Sequence record: NZ_CP040051.1
Direction: 5' to 3' (one strand)
DNA: 64,000 nt
From: a plasmid
Of the stretch, positions 28,316-39,053 are shown piece by piece (within the stretch, counting starts at the first letter, position 1; every line of letters starts with the position of its first letter). Position numbers and translations under genes: made by a program. The notes beneath the pieces were generated by a model, which was not told the DNA's origin, did not search any database, and saw only the letters and a program-made list of their open reading frames with translations.

Positions 28316-31300
28316 TGAATACCAGTAATATTAAAAAATACGCACCGCAAGCACGTAACGATTTTATCGCAGCGATGCGCAAGCAGGCCGCCAAATATGG
28401 CATCACCGCAGACAGCATTTTACGGCTGAACAGAAAGGCGACTTGCTGCTGATTGGCGATCAGGTTTTTCCGCTATCAGTCATGAAACCACGTGACAAGC
28501 TGATCAAACGCATTCAAACCAGCAGTTTTGAGCAGACGATTGATTATATCGCTTACAGTTGGTTTAACCGTCTCTGTGCGATTCGCTACATGGAATGTAA
28601 AGGCTTACTGGATCATGGTCGTCGTGTGCTGAGTAGTGCCGATGGCAGTGCAGGCTTGCCACAGATTCTGGAAGAATGTCTGGATATTGACCTACCAGGT
28701 TTAGATGCCAGCCGTGTGGCTGAGCTTAAGCTGGATGGCAATAAAGACGAAGAGCTATATCGGGAGATATTACTGGCGCAGTGTCATGCTTTAAATCAAG
28801 TCATGCCACTCTTGTTTGAACAGGTTTCTGATGAGTCAGAACTGTTACTACCTGACAATTTAACCAAAACCGATTCCTTGATCCGTGATTTAGTGAGCAG
28901 CATTCCGGAAGAAGACTGGTCGGATGTACAGATTATTGGCTGGCTGTATCAGTTCTATATTTCTGAAAAGAAAGACCAGGTGATTGGTAAAGTCGTCAAG
29001 AGTGAAGACATTCCTGCCGCGACACAGTTATTCACCCCAAACTGGATTGTGAAGTATTTGGTGCAAAACAGTGTCGGTCGTTTATGGATGATGGCACAGC
29101 CTGATAGTACGCTGGCCAATAATTGGGAATATTATATTCAACCCGCTGAACAAACGGATGAGGTCAATGCACAGTTAAAACAGCTGATTGATGTGCGGAT
29201 CAGTGAAGATGGCGATACTTTAAACCCTGAAAGCATTACGGTACTCGATCCGGCCTGTGGTTCGGGGCATATTCTGGTGGAAGCCTACGATTGCTTAAAA
29301 GCGATTTATTTGGAACGTGGTTACCGCAGTCGTGATATTCCACGTTTGATTCTGGAAAACAACCTGTACGGGATTGATATTGATACCCGTGCCGCGCAGT
29401 TAGCCAGTTTTGCGCTATTGATGAAAGCGCGTGAGGATGACCGCCGTTTATTTAGCAATCCACCAAAACTGAATATTGTTGCGTTGCAAGACAGCCAACC
29501 TGAGCGTTTGGAAGCATTCAGTCAGGACTTGGCAAGTACTGGTATTGCGCAGGCAGATTTACAAGAATTACTGGATTTATTTGAACACTCTTCAACCTTT
29601 GGTTCTTTGATTCAAATCCCTGCAGCATTCGCTCATAAGCTGCCTGATTTAGAAAGCAAGCTGAATACAGCAGCAGCATCAGGCGATATCTTTAGTCAGC
29701 AGTCAGCACAAGAACTGTTACCGTTCGTTCAGCAAGCCATGTTATTGGCCAAACAATATGATGCTGTGATTGCGAATCCGCCGTATATGGGCGGTAAAGG
29801 CATGAACACAGCACTGAAAGATTTTGCTAAAAAGAAATTCCCTGACAGCAAGTCAGACCTATTTGCCATGTTTATTGAGCGTGGTTTTGGATGGTGTAAG
29901 GACAGTGGTTTCAATAGCATGGTGACCATGCAAAGCTGGATGTTCCTGTCCTCTTATGAAGCGATGCGTGAAAAGCTACTTTCCAATAATTCTCTTGTAA
30001 GCCTAATTCAATTACCTTATGACGGCAAAGGTCCAACAGCTATGGGAATTAGCTTTGGTATTTCTGTTTCTATTCTTCAGAAAAATAAAATTAATGGATT
30101 AATTGGGGATTTTGATTGCTTTAGGTATTTTGAACTCACAGAAGATGGCATCCCAAAACAATTCCCTAGTCTAAATGAACGTAATGTAAAAACGAAACCA
30201 GATGACTTTAAGAAAATTCCAGGAAGTCCTGTTGCTTATTGGGTGAGTGATAAGGTACGAGAAATTTTTGAAACTAGCTCTTCTTTAAATGATGTAGCAG
30301 ATGCTCGACAAGGTCTAGCTACTACAGATAACAATCGCTTCTTACGTTTATGGCAAGAAATTAATTTTCAAAGAATTGGTTTTAATATAAAAAATCGGGA
30401 ATATGCCCAATTGTCGGAGAAAAAATGGTTTCCACATAATAAAGGGGGGGAGTTTCGTAAATGGTTTGGTAATCAAGAATATGTAGTGAATTGGGAAAAT
30501 GATGGACAGGAAATAAAAGATAATATACTTTCCAGATACTCTTATTTAAAAACTCCTGATTTTGTTGCGAAAAATCAACAATTTTATTTTAAGAGTTCTG
30601 TGAGTTGGACTGCGATTACATCTGCTAAATTTTCTGCTCGACGAGATTTTGGTGGCTTTATTCCCTCAAATGCTGGAATGAGTGTTTATGCTGATAATGA
30701 CACATTAAAATTTTTAAATTCTTTGATGAATAGCATACTTTGCGATGCGTTCTTAAAAATTATTAGCCCTACATTAAATTTCGGTGCTGGTGACATTAGT
30801 AAGATTCCTTTGAAAGTAAATGAAACAAACAAATCAAAGATAAGCTATTTACATGATGAAGCTATTAAATTCTCCAAAATTGATTGGGACTCGTATGAAA
30901 CTTCATGGGACTTTACTCGAAACCCAATTATTCGTACTCAACAACCAAATCTAGAACAAGCATTTAATACTTGGCAACAGCAAAATACTAACGCCGTGGC
31001 TGAAATGAAACGTCTGGAAGAAGAAAACAACAAGCTGTTTATTGAGGCTTATGGTTTACAGGATGAACTCACTCCTGACGTACCAGATGAGCAAATCACT
31101 TTAACCCGTGCCAACCGTGAAAAAGACAGCCAGCGTTTAGTGTCTTATGCACTTGGTTGCATGATGGGACGCTATAGTCTGGATGAATCGGGTCTGATCT
31201 ATGCCCATGCAGGCAACCAAGACTTTGATGCCAGCCGTTATCAAACATTCCCAGCCGATGCAGACGGTATTATTCCACTCACCGAAATGCACTGGTTTGA

Positions 31301-31862
31301 AGATGATGCCACCCATCGTATCCAAGAGTTCTTAACTGCGGTTTGGGGTAAAGACACACTAGACGCTAATATGCTGTGGTTGGCAGAAAGCTTGGACAAA
31401 AAAGCCAGTGAAACAGCTGAAGATACCATTCGCCGTTACTTAGCCAGCAAGTTCTATAAAGACCACATGCAAACCTATAAAAAGCGTCCGATCTACTGGT
31501 TATTTAGCAGTGGTAAACAGGGGGCTTTCCAAGCATTGGTGTACTTGCACCGCTATAACGAAAGTACCTTGGCGCGTATGCGTACTGAATACGTCATGCC
31601 ACTGATTTCCAAAATGGCTGCCTATGCTAATTCTCTAGAAACAGCAAAAGAAAGCAGTGACTCTGCGGCTGAAATCAAACGCATCGAGAAAAAACTGCAA
31701 GATTTACATAAGCAACAAGCTGAACTGAGTAGCTTTGAAGAAAAACTGCGTCACTATGCTGATCAGCGTATATCACTGGATCTAGATGATGGGGTGAAAG
31801 TGAACTACGGCAAGTTTGGGGACTTGTTGGCTGAAGTGAAAGCTGTGACGGGGGAGAAATAA
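28316..31862 (+). CDS. pglX: BREX N6-adenine DNA methyltransferase PglX (BrxX). The reading frame is disrupted by a 1-nt frameshift about 42 codons in.
   Basis: ATG at 28316 encodes MNTSNIKKYAPQARNDFIAAMRKQAAKYGITADSILRLN and then hits TGA. The remaining 1139 aa continue in another frame (…QKGDLLLIGDQ…, WFNRLCAIRYM, NPPY motif VIANPPYMGGKG). Confidence 0.8.
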
Positions 31863-33799
31863 TGCAATTAAGAAGCCTAAATGAAATTTTTGAAAATCGA
31901 CTGATTCGGATCCCTGACTATCAAAGGGGATATGCATGGCGTAAACAACAACTTAAAGATTTCTGGGAAGACTTAACCTTACTTGAAGCAGATCGCGTTC
32001 ATTATACGGGGGTTATTACCTTAGAAGCAGTAGACCGTAAAACTTGGTCGAAGTGGGAAGACGATGAATGGCTGATTGATGATCTTGATTATAAGCCCTA
32101 CTTTGTCGTGGATGGTCAGCAGCGATTAACGACAGCGATTATTTTAATACAGGCGATTATTGAAACAGTTCCTGAAGGAAAAAGTATCGCAAATCAGTTT
32201 GTTTCTGATTTAAAGGCAAAGTTTGTTCAAAAAAAACCAACGGATGGCATTCGTGAAAGTTATATCTTCGGCTATGAAAAAGATAATCCAAGTGATGAGT
32301 TTTTAAGAACTAAAATTTTTGGTTTGCAGTCTCATACTAATCAATTGCAGGAAACGCTGTATACACGCAATTTATTCAATGCAAAGAAATTCTTTAAAGA
32401 AAAATTAGCGGAACTGAGCTTTGAAGAAATCACGGTTTTGTACAAAAAATTGACGCAAAAATTGCGTTTTAACTTGTATGAAATTGATGATGAGATCGAC
32501 GTATTTGTTACATTTGAAACCATGAATAATCGTGGCAAATCCTTGACCAATTTGGAATTACTGAAAAACCGATTGATTTATCTGTCGACATTATATCGTG
32601 ACAATCAGGGGCGTTCTAAGCTTCGAAAAAATATTAATGATGCGTGGAAAACCATTTATGAGTATCTAGGTAAAAATCCTGAAAAACCTTTGCCAGATGA
32701 TGAGTTCTTAAAGAACCATTGGATTATGTATTTCAAGTATAGTCGGGAAAAAGGGGATGATTATAAAAAATTCCTGTTGGATGAAAAATTTAATGCCCGT
32801 TGTATCACGCATCCAAAAAATGCCCAGGACACCTTGAAAATTGAAGAGATTCAGGATTATGTAGCAAGTCTTCAACAGTCTGTTATGAATTGGTTCTATT
32901 TACATAATCCTTATTTCCCAGTAGCAAATAATCTTTCTGATGATGAGCAATTATGGCTAGATCGACTAGGACGTTTGGGTTTTAATGCATTTAGACCTCT
33001 AATCTTAGCTGCTTATAATACCAATACTCCTGCAACCAAGATCTCTGAATTGCTGAAAGTTGCAGAGCGGTTTGCTTTTACTTTATTTAGTTTGAGTCAA
33101 CGACGTGCCAATACAGGAGACTCAGCAATTTATGGTTTAGCACGTGAGCTTTTAACCGGGAGAAACACAATCGATGCAACGATTAATTCAATAGAGGGAT
33201 TAATCACACGATTCTTTGATCCACATAACTATTTCACTTATATCGAAGACAAATACAAGTTTAGGGATGGATTCTACTCATGGAAGGGTATTCGTTATTT
33301 CCTTTATGAATATGAACATTATCTCAAAGAGAAAGGAAAGAATCCTACAACCAAATTAATGTGGAATGAGTTTACTGAAAGCTTGGAGGGTTATGTAACT
33401 TTAGAGCATATCTATCCACAAAAAGATACAGATCCATACTGGGTTAGTAAATTTGGCCATCTTGATGGGCAACAACGAAAATGGCTTACACATTCTTTAG
33501 GTAACTTATTGCCATTATCTCGTTCAAAAAATTCTTCATTACAAAATGACAGTTTTGATTTAAAGAAAAATAATGACGAAGGTATTGGATATTACAATGG
33601 ATCTGTTTCGGAAAATGAAGTCAATCTTAAGAATGATTGGACACCACAAGAAATCTTAGAACGAGGTCTAGAGCTACTTCGTTTTATGGAGGAAAGATGG
33701 GACGTTCAATTAGGAGATGAAGCATTTAAACGAAAACTACTTCACCTTGATAGTATCCAGATATTTGTTCCTCAAGATCAAAAAGAGGTAGTTGCATGA
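31862..33799 (+). CDS. brxU: GmrSD-family type IV restriction enzyme (DUF262 + DUF1524), BrxU-like
   Basis: DUF262 motif VVDGQQRLTT and a C-terminal His-Me finger LEHIYPQ. The start overlaps the pglX stop (TAATG) and the stop overlaps the pglZ start (ATGA). Confidence 0.8.
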   Translation: MQLRSLNEIFENRLIRIPDYQRGYAWRKQQLKDFWEDLTLLEADRVHYTGVITLEAVDRKTWSKWEDDEWLIDDLDYKPYFVVDGQQRLTTAIILIQAIIETVPEGKSIANQFVSDLKAKFVQKKPTDGIRESYIFGYEKDNPSDEFLRTKIFGLQSHTNQLQETLYTRNLFNAKKFFKEKLAELSFEEITVLYKKLTQKLRFNLYEIDDEIDVFVTFETMNNRGKSLTNLELLKNRLIYLSTLYRDNQGRSKLRKNINDAWKTIYEYLGKNPEKPLPDDEFLKNHWIMYFKYSREKGDDYKKFLLDEKFNARCITHPKNAQDTLKIEEIQDYVASLQQSVMNWFYLHNPYFPVANNLSDDEQLWLDRLGRLGFNAFRPLILAAYNTNTPATKISELLKVAERFAFTLFSLSQRRANTGDSAIYGLARELLTGRNTIDATINSIEGLITRFFDPHNYFTYIEDKYKFRDGFYSWKGIRYFLYEYEHYLKEKGKNPTTKLMWNEFTESLEGYVTLEHIYPQKDTDPYWVSKFGHLDGQQRKWLTHSLGNLLPLSRSKNSSLQNDSFDLKKNNDEGIGYYNGSVSENEVNLKNDWTPQEILERGLELLRFMEERWDVQLGDEAFKRKLLHLDSIQIFVPQDQKEVVA

Positions 33800-36420
33800 A
33801 TCTGGATCAATTACAAAAAGGTCTGGAACAGGCTTTCTACACTGAAAAACATCGAATTGTCTTCTGGTACGATGCGGAACAGTCATTTACTGAAGAAATC
33901 AAAGCCCTAGAGCTAAATGATGTCCAGATTCTGAATATGGCAGAAGAGTCGAGTCTGGCGATCAAGCTCAAACTGGAACTGCAAGATCAGCAGGGCAAAT
34001 ACCTGCTGTATTTCCCAAGTGCTGAGCCTGAAACCGAAAAAGACTGGTTACTGGACATCAAGCTCTATTCACGCAGCTTCTATGCCGATCGTTTCTCGAT
34101 TATTTTCAATGAGCTGGGTTTACAGCAGCAGAGTCTAAGAGAACATCTGGCCAAACGTGAAGAATTCCTCAAAGCCAAAGCTCGTCTGAGTACATTGAAA
34201 CGCTATATCCAGCCTGATGCAGATGAACAGAATCTGGATATGGCCATGATTGCAGCTGTGGTCAAGGCTGACAGTGCCGAACTCATGCATATCGTTCTGG
34301 CACTGGCAGATGAAATGGTACAGCAGAACCTGGCTCTGGAAGTCAATCCAGAATCCTTTGCTGAACTGGAAAAGTTCCAACTAGTGCCAGCTTTAGTCAC
34401 AGCATTACAGGCGGAAATTGGTTATCCAGCATCGGTTGAAGAATTGAATGGGGAAGCACCATTCAAGCTCGGTACGTTCTTTATCCGTTTGATGACTACA
34501 GGTTTCTGTGAAAGCTTGGGCGATATCCCCGTATGGGCTCAGGAACTGGTGATGTCATCCGTCAGCTCCCGTGCGACGGCTAGAGCCTTTTTGTCGCGCT
34601 GGAGAGACAGTTCTAAATACTACCCAACCTTCGATACACTCTCCCAGACCGTGGCAAATGCACTGCGGATCCAAGAAAAGGTCGGGGTCTTTGATCTGGA
34701 GCAACTGCTCGATGTCATGACTTTTGAAGTGATTGAACAAAAGATCATTGTCGATCTGGCCAGCCAGATCCCTGCAGCAACCAAAGCTGAACTGGAACAT
34801 TTCAGAACGATTATTTCTACACGTCTGGATGGCTATTGGGCTTCCAAACATAAGGACGATGCAACCCGCCGTAAATACCGTACCGTCTATACAGCGTTGC
34901 AGGCAGCGATTGAGCTGTTCAGTTTACGACTACAGTTTGATTCCGGTTTCTATTTTGACTCCAGCGAAGCCTTGTATAAAGCCTATGAACAGGAGCTGTA
35001 TCGCTTTGATATGGCCTATCGTCATTACAGTGCAGCCTCTCAGCGAGCTCATGTTGATATCCTGAAAAAACTCGATGAAGAAGTCGAAAATTGCTATTCC
35101 TACTGGTTTATTGATCACCTGGCACGAAACTGGGGGGGTCGGATTGAAGCTGAGCAACGCTTGAATGTCTGGAAAGTGGCAGATATCCCAAATCAGCAGA
35201 ACTTCTACGATACCCACGTCAGACCCTTACTCAATTCTGCAACGAAACGCCGTATTGTGGTAATTATCAGTGATGCTTTTCGCTATGAAGCTGCGGTAGA
35301 GCTGCGTGATCGTATCAATGAAAAGCGTTATTCCGAAGCGACCTTGTCTTCACAGCTAGGCGTTGTTCCAAGTTACACCACACTTGGCATGGCCTCGTTG
35401 TTGCCGCATCAGACTTTGGAGTACAAAGAGGCCGCAGGGGATGATGTTTTAGTAGATGGGCAGTCCAGCAAAGGGACTGCAGCACGATCCAAAATTCTGG
35501 CTGCCTATAATGGATTGGCGGTTACCGCTGAAACGGTAAAAGGTTGGTCGCGTGATGAAGGCCGTGAAGCGCTGAAAGATCATGAGCTGATTTACGTTTA
35601 TCACAACGTGATTGATGCTCGGGGAGACAGTGCCTCGACAGAATCAGAAACCTTTATGGCGGTGGAACATGCCATTGAAGAGCTGACTGAACTTAGCCGC
35701 AAAATCTTGATGCATTTCAATATTTCTACCCTGTTGATCACAGCCGACCATGGCTTCTTGTTCCAGCAAAGTAAACTGGAATCTGCGGATCGTTCAAGCT
35801 TGACTGAAAAACCGACCAATGCATTGAAAAGCAAAAAACGCTATGTGATTGGGCATGGTTTACCAGAGAGCAAAGAAGCATGGAAAGGCTCAACCCAAGC
35901 TACGGCAGGCACACGATCTGCGACTGATTTCTGGATTCCAAAAGGGGCGAACCGTTTCCATTTTGTAGGAGGCTCACGTTTCGTGCATGGCGGCATCATG
36001 CCTCAGGAAATCGTAGTGCCTGTACTAACGGTAAAACAGCTGCGTGGTGAAAAGGCTGGACAGCGGACCAAGCGTAAAGTTGAGGTCATTTCTACCAAAT
36101 CCACGCTGAAAATGGTCAATAACATCCAGAAGTTTGATTTGATGCAAACTGAAGCTGTCAGTGAGCTGGTCATGCCAGTGACCCTGTCGATTGCCATTTA
36201 TGATGGGGATATCAAAGTATCTAGTGAAGAAACCTTGACCTTTGATAGCAGTACCGACTCTGTTGCCGATCGGGTTAAACAGGTCAGGCTGTCATTGTCC
36301 GGTACTGATTTTGACCGTAAGAAGGATTACTTCCTAGTGCTGAAGGACAAAGACCTGAATATCGAAATGCAACGCTATAAGGTCACCATTGATCTGGCAT
36401 TTACCGATGACTTCTCCTGA
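33796..36420 (+). CDS. pglZ: BREX PglZ (alkaline-phosphatase superfamily)
   Basis: 874 aa in the conserved position between pglX and brxL. Confidence 0.8.
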   Translation: MNLDQLQKGLEQAFYTEKHRIVFWYDAEQSFTEEIKALELNDVQILNMAEESSLAIKLKLELQDQQGKYLLYFPSAEPETEKDWLLDIKLYSRSFYADRFSIIFNELGLQQQSLREHLAKREEFLKAKARLSTLKRYIQPDADEQNLDMAMIAAVVKADSAELMHIVLALADEMVQQNLALEVNPESFAELEKFQLVPALVTALQAEIGYPASVEELNGEAPFKLGTFFIRLMTTGFCESLGDIPVWAQELVMSSVSSRATARAFLSRWRDSSKYYPTFDTLSQTVANALRIQEKVGVFDLEQLLDVMTFEVIEQKIIVDLASQIPAATKAELEHFRTIISTRLDGYWASKHKDDATRRKYRTVYTALQAAIELFSLRLQFDSGFYFDSSEALYKAYEQELYRFDMAYRHYSAASQRAHVDILKKLDEEVENCYSYWFIDHLARNWGGRIEAEQRLNVWKVADIPNQQNFYDTHVRPLLNSATKRRIVVIISDAFRYEAAVELRDRINEKRYSEATLSSQLGVVPSYTTLGMASLLPHQTLEYKEAAGDDVLVDGQSSKGTAARSKILAAYNGLAVTAETVKGWSRDEGREALKDHELIYVYHNVIDARGDSASTESETFMAVEHAIEELTELSRKILMHFNISTLLITADHGFLFQQSKLESADRSSLTEKPTNALKSKKRYVIGHGLPESKEAWKGSTQATAGTRSATDFWIPKGANRFHFVGGSRFVHGGIMPQEIVVPVLTVKQLRGEKAGQRTKRKVEVISTKSTLKMVNNIQKFDLMQTEAVSELVMPVTLSIAIYDGDIKVSSEETLTFDSSTDSVADRVKQVRLSLSGTDFDRKKDYFLVLKDKDLNIEMQRYKVTIDLAFTDDFS

Positions 36421-36449
36421 TAACGAATTAACGATAGAGCGTAGCCTAC

Positions 36450-38489
36450 ATGGAATCTGCTAACGATAAAGAACTGGATCAGCTGCTGAATGAACACTTT
36501 GCTGGGCGGGTGGTACGTAAGGATCTGACTAAACTGATCAAAGAAGGGGCAAATGTCCCTGTCTATGTACTCGAATACCTGCTAGGGATGTACTGTGCCT
36601 CGGATGATCCAGAGATCATTGAACAGGGACTACGTAACGTAAAGACCGTACTGGCTGAGAACTACGTCCGACCGGATGAAGCCGAGAAGGTGAAATCCCT
36701 GGTCCGTGAACGGGGCAGTTATAAGGTCATTGATCGGGTGACTGTAAAACTGAATGAGCGTAAAGACAAATACGAAGCATCATTTAGTAATCTGGGCATC
36801 AAAGATGCCGAAATCTCGGCAGGCATCGTCAAAGAGTATGAAAAATTACTTGTTGGTGGTATCTGGGTCATTGCTACGCTCAGTTATTATTTTGAAGAAG
36901 GACAACCCAATTCTCCATTTGGGGTGAGCTTACTCAAGCCGATTCAAATGCCGAATATGAATATGGATGAACTCTTCAGTGGCAGAGCAGCATTAAGCAC
37001 GGATCAGTGGCGCGAGAGTTTAATCCGTTCGATCGGCATGGAACCGGCTTCGCTAAAAGAGGACGTGCAATGGCACCTATTAGCGCGTATGGTTCCGTTC
37101 GTTGAAAATAACTATAACGTTTGTGAATTGGGACCACGTGGTACCGGGAAAAGCCATATTTACAAAGAGTGTTCACCGAATAGTATTTTAGTCTCCGGTG
37201 GGCAAACCACTGTCGCCAATCTGTTCTATAACATGAGTAGCCGCCGTATTGGTCTGGTGGGGTTGTGGGATGTGGTGGCTTTTGATGAAGTTGCCGGTAT
37301 TTCCTTTAAGGACAAAGATGGCGTTCAGATCATGAAAGACTTCATGGCCTCAGGATCTTTTGCCCGTGGTCGTGAACAGATGGAAGCCTCAGCTTCGATG
37401 GTTTTTGTGGGTAATATTAACCAAAGTGTTGAATCCTTGGTGAAGACTAGCCACTTATTGGCTCCTTTTCCTGAAGCAATGATCGATTCAGCATTCTTTG
37501 ATCGCTTTCATGCCTATATCCCGGGTTGGGAAATTCCAAAAATGCGTCCGGAATTCTTTACTAACCGTTATGGTCTAATCGTTGATTATCTGGCTGAATT
37601 CTTCCGGGAAATGCGTAAGCGTAGTTTTGCGGATGCCATTGAGAAGTACTTTAAGCTCGGCAACAACCTGAATCAGCGCGATGTGATTGCCGTTCGCAAG
37701 ACGGTTTCCGGATTGATGAAGCTGCTCTACCCACACGGTCAGTTTAATAAAGAAGATGTACGCCTGTGTCTGGAATATGCACTGCAGGTCCGCCGTCGCG
37801 TCAAAGAGCAGCTGAAGAAAATTGGTGGCATGGAATTCTATGACGTTCATTTCAGCTATATCGATAATGATACCTTAGAAGAACATTTTGTCTCAGTCAA
37901 AGAGCAGGGTGGTGGCGGACTGATTCCAGATGGTCCAGCGAAACCAGGTTTTCTGTATACCATCGGACTCAGTAATAAAGGCATGCCTGGCTTGTATCGC
38001 TTAGAGCTTCAAGTCACCAAAGGCTCAGGTAAGCTTGCAACTTCAGGCCTCTGGAACTCCAGCAGTGCCAAAGAACAAGTCAAGATTGCCTTTGACTACT
38101 TCAAAGCGAACGCCTCTAGAATATCGGGTGGCAGCAAAGTCATGGAGCATGACTTCCATCTGCATGTGGTGGAATTACAGAATACCGGGCCACTTAGTCA
38201 TCTGGCTTTGCCGAGTCTAGTCGCTTTTGCTTCAGGCTTGCTCGGACGGTCAGTACAGAATCAGATGGTGGTCCTGGGAGATATGAGCCTGGGTGGAAAC
38301 GTCACACCGGTTGAAAGTATTGCTGAATGTCTTCAGGTTGCATTCGATGCCGGAGCCAAGAAAGTCGCTTTACCGATGAGCAGTGCGGCAGATATCCCAA
38401 CCATTCCAGTTGAACTATTTACTAAGTTCCAGACCAGCTTTTATGCAGATCCGGTAGATGCTGTGTTTAAGGGGCTAGGGGTGGATTAA
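36450..38489 (+). CDS. brxL: BREX Lon-like protease BrxL
   Basis: 679 aa, the last gene of the array. Lon-like ATPase/protease fold signatures are present (GPRGTGKSH). Confidence 0.8.
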   Translation: MESANDKELDQLLNEHFAGRVVRKDLTKLIKEGANVPVYVLEYLLGMYCASDDPEIIEQGLRNVKTVLAENYVRPDEAEKVKSLVRERGSYKVIDRVTVKLNERKDKYEASFSNLGIKDAEISAGIVKEYEKLLVGGIWVIATLSYYFEEGQPNSPFGVSLLKPIQMPNMNMDELFSGRAALSTDQWRESLIRSIGMEPASLKEDVQWHLLARMVPFVENNYNVCELGPRGTGKSHIYKECSPNSILVSGGQTTVANLFYNMSSRRIGLVGLWDVVAFDEVAGISFKDKDGVQIMKDFMASGSFARGREQMEASASMVFVGNINQSVESLVKTSHLLAPFPEAMIDSAFFDRFHAYIPGWEIPKMRPEFFTNRYGLIVDYLAEFFREMRKRSFADAIEKYFKLGNNLNQRDVIAVRKTVSGLMKLLYPHGQFNKEDVRLCLEYALQVRRRVKEQLKKIGGMEFYDVHFSYIDNDTLEEHFVSVKEQGGGGLIPDGPAKPGFLYTIGLSNKGMPGLYRLELQVTKGSGKLATSGLWNSSSAKEQVKIAFDYFKANASRISGGSKVMEHDFHLHVVELQNTGPLSHLALPSLVAFASGLLGRSVQNQMVVLGDMSLGGNVTPVESIAECLQVAFDAGAKKVALPMSSAADIPTIPVELFTKFQTSFYADPVDAVFKGLGVD

Positions 38490-38597
38490 TTTCATATCTG
38501 TCTGGAAGAGTTACAGTAGATTGTTTTAAATTCAGTTTCTCAAGTTAAACACCATGTTGTAAAAGCATAATACTGCCTCTTTTAAAGAGCTAGTATT

Positions 38598-38918
38598 TTA
38601 GGGGGGGATTACCGCTGCAGGTCGCAATTTTCCCCGATGTTCTATATAAAAATTCTCTGTTAGACGTTCAAAAAAATCATGTATATCTTGTGTAGTATTA
38701 TTTAATTGAGCAAAGACGTCCTTCAAAGAAAGCACATAAGCCTGAAAATTTTTAACTAGTATGTCGCTGTTTTTACATCCCCCATGACCATCCACTACGT
38801 AACAAAAATATAGATTTTCATTATCAGTAAGGTTCCCTACAGCATCGATTCCAAATTTTTCTGGTGCGCTAAGATTCTGACATAAGGAAAAGGAGTTTAT
38901 TAATATGCTTTTGGCCAT
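38598..38918 (-). pseudogene. N-terminal fragment of a PP2C-like Ser/Thr phosphatase
   Basis: Contains the PPM motif VVDGHGG. Only 106 aa, ending at a C7 tract. Confidence 0.45.
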
Positions 38919-39053
38919 TGTTTTATGATCGCTTGAATTACTTGTAAAGCTCTTTCTCTTGAGCCAAATCTACATTGATCTTCCATTATGATTTCAAAAT
39001 CAGTTAATTCAGTGAGTTTTTTAAATTGATCAGATAAGTAATCTTTGAGTTCT
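38919..39053 (-). pseudogene. 3-prime remnant of an unknown gene truncated by the IS6 insertion; its stop overlaps the PP2C-like start
   Basis: Open frame …ELKDYLSDQFKKLTELTDFEIIMEDQCRFGSRERALQVIQAIIKQWPKAY* runs from the IS boundary. Confidence 0.4.

Noticed and set aside
28316-28445. Treating the 42-codon pglX N-terminal piece as a separate small gene
   Set aside because: It matches the conserved PglX N-terminus and is contiguous with the rest of pglX after a 1-nt frame change, so it is annotated as one frameshifted gene.
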